This document shows, piece by piece, positions 1-8,965 of a DNA stretch of 17,255 nt; the first letter of the stretch is position 1; each line of letters opens with the position of its first letter. The stretch spans positions 1 to 17,255 of the forward strand of contig NW_021824925.1 of the NCBI RefSeq assembly GCF_006345805.1, read 5' to 3'. The stretch comes from Octopus sinensis. Taxonomy: Eukaryota. A program made the position numbers and the translations under genes. A model generated the notes under the pieces. The model did no database searches, had not been told where the DNA came from, and was given only the letters and a program-made list of their open reading frames with translations.

Positions 1-247
1 AGATACTAATTTAATAGTATATTTATTCAACACCAAGTGGCCTAGTGCTACGAGAAACCTGGATTATTATATATTTTATAACATATTATAATATTTTACA
101 AAATAAATATAAGAGAGTGGTCAATATATTGCTCACTCTTGCACCAGTTAATCCAAAAGGTTTCAACCACGAAGATACATGTTTCCCATGAAAGCCAGTA
201 CGACTGTTAGCTCACACGGACAGGGCAAGTAAAAAATAACAAAAATA

Positions 248-342
248 CAGATTATTTTGGGACAATTGTTTCGCTATTAATGAATATATGTAATATTACT
301 TACAAAAAAATCCATTTGTAGCTCGTCAGCCAAGACTATCTG
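248..342 (-). ncRNA. Type I hammerhead ribozyme, array copy 1
   Basis: Minus strand: CAGAU-AGUC-UUGG (stem I 5') CUGACGA GCUA...UAGC (stem II, G10.1-C11.1) GAAA C-AAUU-G U C (stem III, GUC cleavage triplet) CCAA-AAUA-AUCUG (stem I 3'). All conserved core nucleotides are present. Predicted cut between 261 and 260. Confidence 0.9.
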
Positions 343-777
343 GATGAAATCCACTCAATCACACGCCAGATTTTACCATAACGATAAATAACGCGTGTGG
401 TTCAATTGATTACATCCGACGTTATAATTCAAATGCCCCAACCAACAGCGCGCCAAACTTTCACGGAAAACAAATACAGCATTTAGAAATAAATGCAGCA
501 TAATTATAATTATTAATAAGGGTGAGAGAATTAGATACTAATTTAATAGTATATTTATTCAACACCAAGTGGCCTAGTGCTACGAGAAACCTGGATTTTA
601 TAATATTTTATAACATATTATAATATTGTTACAAAATAAATATAAGAGAGTGGTCAATATATGCTCACTCTAGCACCAGTTAATCAAAAGGTTTCAACCA
701 CGAAGATACATGTTCCCATGAAAGCCAGTACGACTGTTAGCTCACACGGACAGGGCAAGTAAAAAATAACAAAAATA

Positions 778-873
778 CAGATTATTTTGGGACAATTGTT
801 TCGCTATTAATGAATTATATGTAATATTACTTACAAAAAAATCCATTTGTAGCTCGTCAGCCAAGACTATCTG
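778..873 (-). ncRNA. Type I hammerhead ribozyme, array copy 2
   Basis: Same core and stems as copy 1, intact. Predicted cut 791/790. Confidence 0.9.
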
Positions 874-1312
874 GATGAAATCTACTCAATCACACGCCAG
901 ATTTTACCATAACGATAAATACGCGTGTGGTTCAATTGATTACATCCGACGTTATAATTCAAATGCCCCAACCAACAGCGCGCCAAACTTTCACGGAAAA
1001 CAAATACAGCATTTAGAAATAAATGCAGCATAATTATAATTAATTAATAAGGGTGAGAGAATTAGATACTAATTTAATAGTATATTTATTCAACACCAAG
1101 TGGCCTAGTGCTACGAGAAACCTGGATTATTATAATATTTTATAACATATTATAATATTTTTACAAAATAAATATAAGAGAGTGGTCAATATATTGCTCA
1201 CTCTAGCACCAGTTAATCCAAAAGGTTTCAACCACGAAGATACATGTTTCCCATGAAAGCCAGTACGACTGTAAGCTCACACGGACAGGGCAAGTAAAAA
1301 ATAACAAAAATA

Positions 1313-1408
1313 CAGATTATTTTGGGACAATTGTTTCGCTATTAATGAATTATATGTAATATTACTTACAAAAAAATCCATTTGTAGCTCATCAGCCAAG
1401 ACTATCTG
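1313..1408 (-). ncRNA. Type I hammerhead ribozyme, array copy 3 (CUGAUGA variant)
   Basis: Plus strand GCTCATCAGCC gives CUGAUGA; the change falls on the freely variable position 7. Predicted cut 1326/1325. Confidence 0.9.
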
Positions 1409-1840
1409 GATGAAATCCACTCAATCACACGCCAGATTTTACCATAACGATAAATACGCGTGTGGTTCAATTGATTACATCCGACGTTATAATTCAAATG
1501 CCCCAACCAACAGCGCGCCAAACTTTCACGGAAAACAAATACAGCATTTAGAAATAAATGCAGCATAATTATAATTAATTAATAAGGGTGAGAGAATTAG
1601 ATACTAATTTAATAGTATATTTATTCAACACCAAGTGGCCTAGTGCTACGAGAAACCTGGATTATTATATTTTATACATATTATAATATTTTTACAAAAT
1701 AAATATAAGAGAGTGGTCAATTATTGCTCACTCTAGCACAGTAATCCAAAAGGTTTCAACCACGAAGATACATGTTTCCCATGAAAGCCAGTATGACTGT
1801 TAGCTCACACGGACAGGGCAAGTAAAAAATAACAAAAATA

Positions 1841-1936
1841 CAGATTATTTTGGGACAATTGTTTCGCTATTAATGAATTATATGTAATATTACTTACAAA
1901 AAAATCCATTTGTAGCTCGTCAGCCAAGACTATCTG
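1841..1936 (-). ncRNA. Type I hammerhead ribozyme, array copy 4
   Basis: Intact core and stems. Predicted cut 1854/1853. Confidence 0.9.
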
Positions 1937-2364
1937 GATGAAATCCACTCAATCACACGCCAGATTTTACCATAACGATAAATACGCGTGTGGTTCAATT
2001 GATTACATCCGACGTTATAATTCAAATGCTCCAACCAACAGCGCGCCAAACTTTCACGGAAAACAAATACTAGCATTTAGAATAAATGCAGCATAATTAT
2101 AATTAATTAATAAGGGTGAGAGAATTAGATACTAATTTAGTATATTTATTCAACACCAAGTGGCCTAGTGCTACGAGAAACCTGGATTATTATAATATTT
2201 TATAACATATTATAATATTTTTACAAAAATATAAGAGGTGGTCAATATTGCTCACTCTAGCACAGTTAATCCAAAAGGTTTCAACCACGAAGATACATGT
2301 TTCCCATGAAAGCCAGTACGACTGTTAGCTCACACGACAGGGCAAATAAAAAATAACAAAAATA

Positions 2365-2459
2365 CAGATTATTTTGGGACAATTGTTTCGCTATTAATGA
2401 ATTATATGTAATATTACTTACAAAAAAATCCATTTGTAGCTCTCAGCCAAGACTATCTG
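2365..2459 (-). ncRNA. Type I hammerhead ribozyme, array copy 5 (core lacks N7: CUGA-GA)
   Basis: Plus strand GCTCTCAGCC has one base missing from the CUGANGA box; the rest is intact. Either an inactive copy or a sequencing deletion, since this unit has many 1-bp deletions. Confidence 0.7.
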
Positions 2460-2894
2460 GATGAAATCCACTCAATCACACGCCAGATTTTACCATAACG
2501 ATAAATACGCGTGTGGTTCAATTGATTACATCCGACGTTATAATTCAAATGCCCCAACCAACAGCGCGCCAAACTTTCACGGAAAACAATACAGCATTTA
2601 GAAATAAATGCAGCATAATTATAATTAATTAATAAGGGTGAGAGAATTAGATACTAATTTAATAGTAATTTATTCAACACCAAGTGGCCTAGTGCTACGA
2701 GAAACCTGGATTTATTAATAATATTATCAACATTTATAATATTTTTACAAAATAAATTTAAGAGAGTGGTCAATATATTGCTCACTCTAGCACAGTTAAT
2801 CCAAAAGGTTTCAACCACGAAGATACATGTTTCCCATGAAAGCCAGTACGACTTTAGCTCACACGGACAGGGCAAGTAAAAAATAACAAAAATA

Positions 2895-2988
2895 CAGATT
2901 ATTTTGGGACAATTGTTTCGCTATTAATGAATTATATGTAATTACTTACAAAAAAATCCATTTGTAGCTCGTCAGCCAAGACTATCTG
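2895..2988 (-). ncRNA. Type I hammerhead ribozyme, array copy 6
   Basis: Intact core; 2-bp deletion only in the distal part of stem-loop II. Predicted cut 2908/2907. Confidence 0.88.
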
Positions 2989-3422
2989 GATGAAATCCAC
3001 TCAATCACACGCCAGATTTTACCATAACGATAAATACCGTGTGGTTCAATTGATTACATCCGACGTTATAATTCAATGCCCCAACCAACAGCGCGCCAAA
3101 CTTTCACGGAAAACAAATACCGCATTAGAAATAAATGCAGCATAATTATAATTAATTAATAAGGGTGAGAGAATTAGATACTAATTTAATAGTATATTTA
3201 TTCAACACCAAGTGGCCTAGTGCTACGAGAAACCTGGATTATTATAATATTTTATAACATATTATAATATTTTTACAAAATAAATATAAGAGAGTGGTCA
3301 ATATATGGCTCACTCTTGCACCAGTTAATCCAAAAGGTTTCAACCACGAAGATACATTTTCCCATGAAAGCCAGTACGACTGTTAGCTCACACGACAGGG
3401 CAAGTAAAAAATAACAAAAATA

Positions 3423-3518
3423 CAGATTATTTTGGGACAATTGTTTCGCTATTAATGAATTATATGTAATATTACTTACAAAAAAATCCATTTGTAGCTC
3501 GTCAGCCAAGACTATCTG
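3423..3518 (-). ncRNA. Type I hammerhead ribozyme, array copy 7
   Basis: Intact core and stems. Predicted cut 3436/3435. Confidence 0.9.
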
Positions 3519-3957
3519 GATGAAATCCACTCAATCACACGCCAGATTTTACCATAACGATAAATACGCGCGTGTGGTTCAATTGATTACATCCGACGTT
3601 ATAATTCAAATGCCCCAACCAACAGCGCGCCAAACTTTCACGGAAAACAAATACTCATTTAGAAATAAATGCAGCATAATTATAATTAATTAATAAGGGT
3701 GAGAGAATTAGATACTAATTTAATAGTATATTTATTCAACACCAAGTGGCCTAGTGCTACGAGAAACCTGGATTATTATAATATTTTATAACATATTATA
3801 ATATTTTTACAAAATAAATATAAGAGAGTGGTCAATATATTGCTCACTCTAGCACCAGTTAATCCAAAAGGTTTCAACCACGAAGATACATGTTTCCCAT
3901 GAAAGCCAGTACGACTGTAGCTCACACGGACAGGGCAAGTAAAAAATAACAAAAATA

Positions 3958-4053
3958 CAGATTATTTTGGGACAATTGTTTCGCTATTAATGAATTATAT
4001 GTAATATTACTTACAAAAAAATCCATTTGTAGCTCGTCAGCCAAGACTATCTG
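3958..4053 (-). ncRNA. Type I hammerhead ribozyme, array copy 8
   Basis: Intact core and stems; the array ends 35 bp upstream of it in RNA sense. Predicted cut 3971/3970. Confidence 0.9.
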
Positions 4054-4086
4054 GATGAAATCCACTCAATCACACGCCAGATTTTA

Positions 4087-4148
4087 CCGTGTGAGCTACA
4101 GTCGTACTGGCTTTCATGGGAAACATTTATTAATGAATTATATGTAAT
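4087..4148. other. Array-end junction made of templated fragments (40-bp inverted copy + 21-bp direct copy of unit sequence)
   Basis: 4087-4126 is the exact reverse complement of 3890-3929 and shares the GACTGTAGC 1-bp deletion unique to copy 8. 4128-4148 equals 3985-4005. CC microhomology at 4087-4088. Confidence 0.9.
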
Positions 4149-4150
4149 TT

Positions 4151-4176
4151 GTGCCTTTCGAAACACGTGTAGAATG
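4151..4176 (+). ncRNA. Possible 3' half of a minimal (Penelope-type) hammerhead, 5' half missing
   Basis: GTGCCTTTC-GAAA-C-ACGT-G-T-A: GAAA box, palindromic stem III ACACGUGU and GUA triplet. No CUGANGA box upstream because the array junction lies there. Confidence 0.35.
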
Positions 4177-4387
4177 AAATAAAACGATTTCTGTTCAATC
4201 TGCGTTCAGCTCCATTTCTTCAATTCACCAATAATGTTTTAATTTCAATTATCCGCACCAACGCACGGTTGCAACGCCAGATGGTTGTACCTCCAACCGT
4301 GCTGTTCACTGCTGTGATTTTTGCTACTAAGGTATCGGTTAAACTTTTGATTAATCTACTACAAGATTATTCATCTTTCTATTTCAC

Positions 4388-5125
4388 ATATATATATAAT
4401 ACGTAATATATATTATATATTATATATATACGTATATATATATATAATATATATACGTATATATATATATATATATATATATATACGTATATATATATAT
4501 ATATATAACGTATATATATATATAATATATATATACGTATATATATATATAGATATATATATAGATATACGTATATATAAGATATATATACGTATATATA
4601 TATATATATATATTATACGTATATATTATATATATATATATACGTATATTATATATATATATATACGTATATATATATATATATATACGTATATATATAG
4701 ATATATATACGTATATATATATATATTATATATACGTATATATATATATATATATATATACGTATATATATATATATATTATATACGTATATATATATAT
4801 ATATATATACATACGTATATATATATATATACATACGTATATATATAATATACATACGTATATATTATATATACATACGTAATATATATATATACATACG
4901 TATATATATTATATATTAGATACGTATATATATATATATAATATATTAACATATATATATATATATATACGTATATATATATATACGTATATACGTATAT
5001 ATACATATATATATATATACGTATATATATATACGTATATATATATATATACGTATATTATATATATACATATACATATATATATATACGTATATATATT
5101 ATACATATACATACATATATATATG

Positions 5126-5172
<47 letters not shown>

Positions 5173-5200
5173 GTATATATATATATCTATATATATATAC

Positions 5201-5248
<48 letters not shown>

Positions 5249-5284
5249 TATATACGTATATAATATATATATATATATATATAC

Positions 5285-5330
<46 letters not shown>

Positions 5331-5558
5331 GTATATATATATACATATATATATATACGTATATATATATATACATATATATTATTATATACGTATATAT
5401 ATACATATACGTATATAATATATACATATATATATATACGTATATATATATATATACGTATATATATATATATATATACGTTATATATATATATACGTAT
5501 ATATATATATATATATACGTATATAATATAATATACGTATATTATATATATATATACG

Positions 5559-5590
<32 letters not shown>

Positions 5591-5595
5591 CGTAT

Positions 5596-5629
<34 letters not shown>

Positions 5630-5825
5630 CGTATATATATATATATTATATATACGTATATATATATATACATATACATATATATATATATATGTATATG
5701 TATATATATATATACATATACATATATATATATATGTATATACATATACATATATATATATATATATATAATATATATATATATATATAATGTATATATA
5801 TGTATATATATATATGTATATATAT
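4388..5825. repeat. (TA)n microsatellite field punctuated by CG (TACGTA) and, distally, CA/TG
   Basis: Directly visible; TACGTA recurs roughly every 15-30 bp from ~4400 to ~5660. Confidence 0.97.
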
Positions 5826-5888
5826 ATAATAGTTATCGCCATACTAATATGGCATTCTTATAAAAATTAGTATGGCGATAACTATTAT
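5826..5888. repeat. Perfect 23-bp inverted repeat with 17-nt spacer; probable end or core of a small non-autonomous DNA element (5826-~5947)
   Basis: ATAATAGTTATCGCCATACTAAT (5826-5848) and ATTAGTATGGCGATAACTATTAT (5866-5888) are exact reverse complements. The element identity is inference only. Confidence 0.9.
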
Positions 5889-5947
5889 TTTCCGGAAACG
5901 CTGCCGTTGTTCTCTTTTAGAGAGACTTAGTAATTTTAATATTTCTA

Positions 5948-5948
5948 T

Positions 5949-5983
<35 letters not shown>

Positions 5984-6007
5984 GTATATATATATATACA
6001 TATATAC

Positions 6008-6079
<72 letters not shown>

Positions 6080-6104
6080 TACATATATATATATATATAT
6101 ATGT

Positions 6105-6138
<34 letters not shown>

Positions 6139-6439
6139 ATATATTATATTGTGTATGTGTATTATATACATGCTGTATGTGTGTATTGTATGTGTATATA
6201 TATGCTAGGTGTATTTGTGTGATATTTATATTATGTATGTATGTGTGTGTGTGTGTGTGTGTTGTGTGTGTATGTGTGTTATATATGTGTGTATATTATA
6301 TATGAATACGTTATATTTGTGTGCTGTGTGTATATATTATATATGTGGGTGCGTTGTGTGTGTGTGTGTGTTCTGTGTGTGTGTGTGTGTGTGTTGTGTG
6401 TATGTGGTGTGTGTTTGTATACTATGTGTGTGTGTGTTG

Positions 6440-6471
<32 letters not shown>

Positions 6472-6478
6472 GTGTGTG
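5948..6478. repeat. Compound (TA)n/(TATG)n/(TG)n microsatellite
   Basis: Directly visible. Confidence 0.95.
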
Positions 6479-6717
6479 ACAAACAGACGCTGTCTGACCA
6501 GCAGGCATGGACACATCTATTCACACCTGCATACTAACCTCCTGATAACCCCAAAATCATTGATGCTTAAAGGGGAAGTATACACCACACTGGGTACATC
6601 TTTTTTTCTCTCAATTCAACCTTTCTGCTAAAACAAACAGGTCAGTAAAAACATATTCTCGCCTTCAACTTAAAATATTCTGAGATGTATAAAAAATCCA
6701 TTTTAATTTTTCCTGTC

Positions 6718-6779
6718 AAAAGACTGTATATATATACCAAAGACTGTATATATATATACCAAAGACTGTATATATATAC
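6718..6779. repeat. 3 tandem copies of CAAAGACTG(TA)nC (20-22 bp)
   Basis: Directly visible at 6718, 6738 and 6760. Confidence 0.9.
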
Positions 6780-6985
6780 ATGTAATGTGACAATTTGCGA
6801 CAACCAATAATTAACGCAACCAAATTTCCAATAATATATTTGTTTTATCCTTTTCTGCCAAATTTTCCCAAATATTCTCATCACACTATTGAACTTCTTT
6901 GTTACCAAACACTATATTTATACATGTAATGTGACAATTATGTATAAAAAAACATTTTTGAATTCATAATATCCAATGTGACAAT

Positions 6986-7097
6986 ATATATATACATATA
7001 TATATATACATATATATACATATATATATACATATATATATATATACTATATATATATACATATATATATATTATATATATATATAGACATATATAC

Positions 7098-7133
<36 letters not shown>

Positions 7134-7143
7134 CATATATATA

Positions 7144-7176
<33 letters not shown>

Positions 7177-7232
7177 CATATATATTATATATATTATACA
7201 TTATATATATATATATATATACATATATATAC

Positions 7233-7263
<31 letters not shown>

Positions 7264-7264
7264 C

Positions 7265-7329
<65 letters not shown>

Positions 7330-7340
7330 CATATATATAT

Positions 7341-7416
<76 letters not shown>

Positions 7417-7528
7417 TAATATATATATAATATATATATATATATTATATATATATATATATATATCTAATATATATATTATATATATATATATACTATA
7501 TATATATATATAATATATATATATATAT

Positions 7529-7593
<65 letters not shown>

Positions 7594-7635
7594 TATACAT
7601 ATATATATTATACATATACACATATATATATATCA

Positions 7636-7676
<41 letters not shown>

Positions 7677-7715
7677 CTATATATATATATATATATATCT
7701 ACATATTATATATAT

Positions 7716-7755
<40 letters not shown>

Positions 7756-7878
7756 TAATATATATATATAACTATATATATATATATATATACATATATA
7801 CAATATATATATATATATATATATATACAATCTATCTATATATATATAATACTATATATATATATATATATATTTACA

Positions 7879-7910
<32 letters not shown>

Positions 7911-8050
7911 TTACATATATATGTATAATATATATATATATATTTACATATATATGTATATATATATATATATAAAATATAGATATATATATATTTACAT
8001 ATATATGTATATATATAGTATATATTATATATAACATATATATGTATATG
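6986..8050. repeat. (TA)n microsatellite field punctuated by CA (TACATA)
   Basis: Directly visible; no CG interruptions seen, unlike 4388-5660. Confidence 0.97.
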
Positions 8051-8253
8051 TGACCGCATGCGTACCGTTGGCGATTTTTTTCCTCCGTCTTCCCTTCTCT
8101 GGCTTTCCTTTTCCTATGTTTCTGAAGAAGAGCTCTGCCTCGAAACGTTAAACCCTCCTTCTTCCCTTCCTTCCTGAGCGTCCAATAATACTTTATTTGT
8201 TCCACCTCCTCGCGTTGTTGTGTCTTCTCTTTGTGTTTTCATATTTGGATTAA

Positions 8254-8256
<3 letters not shown>
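8051..8256 (+). mobile_element. Short hammerhead-bearing island between (TA)n tracts; probable Penelope-derived pseudo-LTR or short non-autonomous retroelement
   Basis: Pyrimidine-rich, more GC-rich 206-bp island containing a minimal hammerhead. Minimal hammerheads are typical of Penelope-like element termini. Confidence 0.6.
8118..8153 (+). ncRNA. Minimal type I hammerhead ribozyme (Penelope-type)
   Basis: GUUU (stem I) CUGAAGA A GAG-CUCUGC-CUC (stem II) GAAA CG U U AAAC (stem I'). Loopless palindromic stem III (AACGUU), GUU triplet, predicted cut after 8149. Confidence 0.82.
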
Positions 8257-8296
<40 letters not shown>

Positions 8297-8318
8297 CATG
8301 TATATATATATATATATA

Positions 8319-8360
<42 letters not shown>

Positions 8361-8395
8361 ATATATATATATGCATGTATATATATGTATATCTA
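8257..8395. repeat. (TA)n microsatellite
   Basis: Directly visible; it replaces the extreme 5' end of the Penelope-like ORF. Confidence 0.95.
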
Positions 8396-8965
8396 TGTTA
8401 TATAAATTTTATTAATAATATTAAGGATTTTGTTTCTAGAATAAATGGAAAGCCTACTATTATAACTATAATATATCTAATTTTAATGATAGTATGAACG
8501 ATAATAATTTTACTTCTAATTTTAAATCTAAAGAAGAACCCCCATATAATAGAGACTTACAGATCCTAGAAGATAATATTTGGAAGGTGGTGAAAAACAC
8601 TAAATTTCATAAATACCCAAACAGAAATAATGAATATTCAAGAAATATAGCTATTAGAATTAAAGAAATGAGAAATATGGATGGTATTATTGTACAATCA
8701 GATAAAACTAGAAATCTATATAAATTGGATGTTAAATTATATGATAACCTCTTAGAGAAAGAGATAATTAAAAAATATAAAATTTTTCTCTAAATTAGCC
8801 ATGATAAACTATGAGTTAGATAATAAAACTGAACCTTATGTACCTATGCACCCTAGAATTACTCTGAAAGACCATAAAGATAATTTTTATTCAGACCCTA
8901 AAGTTAGATTAATTTGTCCATGTAAATCTGACCTTGGTAAATTGAGTTAACTTATTTTAGATAAA
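8396..8965 (+). pseudogene. Penelope-like ORF, N-terminal region and start of RT (two frameshifts, one stop)
   Basis: ORF 8494-8793 plus ITLKDHK at 8858-8878 in a shifted frame; TAA in KLS*LILDK. Confidence 0.85.

Larger units (their letters stand above)
1..4088. repeat. Head-to-tail tandem array of a ~530-bp unit (7 complete copies + 379-bp partial copy); hammerhead-bearing satellite / retrozyme-like array
   Basis: AGATACTAATTT unit start recurs at 1, 533, 1064, 1599, 2127, 2649, 3176, 3710 (units 522-535 bp). Copies are near-identical and differ mostly by 1-2 bp indels. The array stops after ATTTTACC at 4088; the left end is outside the window. Confidence 0.98.

Noticed and set aside
180-230. 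Possible second hammerhead per unit (minus strand GAAACATGTA)
   Set aside because: It has a GAAA box and a palindromic stem III look-alike, but no CUGANGA box or closing stem II upstream.
2654-3530. ORFs of 73 and 85 aa in the tandem array
   Set aside because: They are open only in copies with particular indels, are not conserved between units and show no protein motifs.
1-4088. Array read as CRISPR, rDNA/5S/histone repeat or tRNA-derived SINE array
   Set aside because: There are no unique spacers and no rRNA, histone or tRNA sequence. An A-box-like TGGCCTAGTGC (38-48) has no B-box at a suitable distance.
6533-6590. 27-nt minus-strand microexon candidate (6565-6539; pyrimidine tract-AAG ... 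GTTAGT), or alternatively a Kolobok-like TTAA|AGGGG terminus at 6567
   Set aside because: Short motifs are expected by chance. No partner exons or host gene are visible, and no matching second transposon end exists in the window.
4649-8497. Many long Y/I/V/C/M-rich ORFs on both strands
   Set aside because: They are translations of (TA)n, (TG)n and (TATG)n microsatellites, which lack stop codons by composition.
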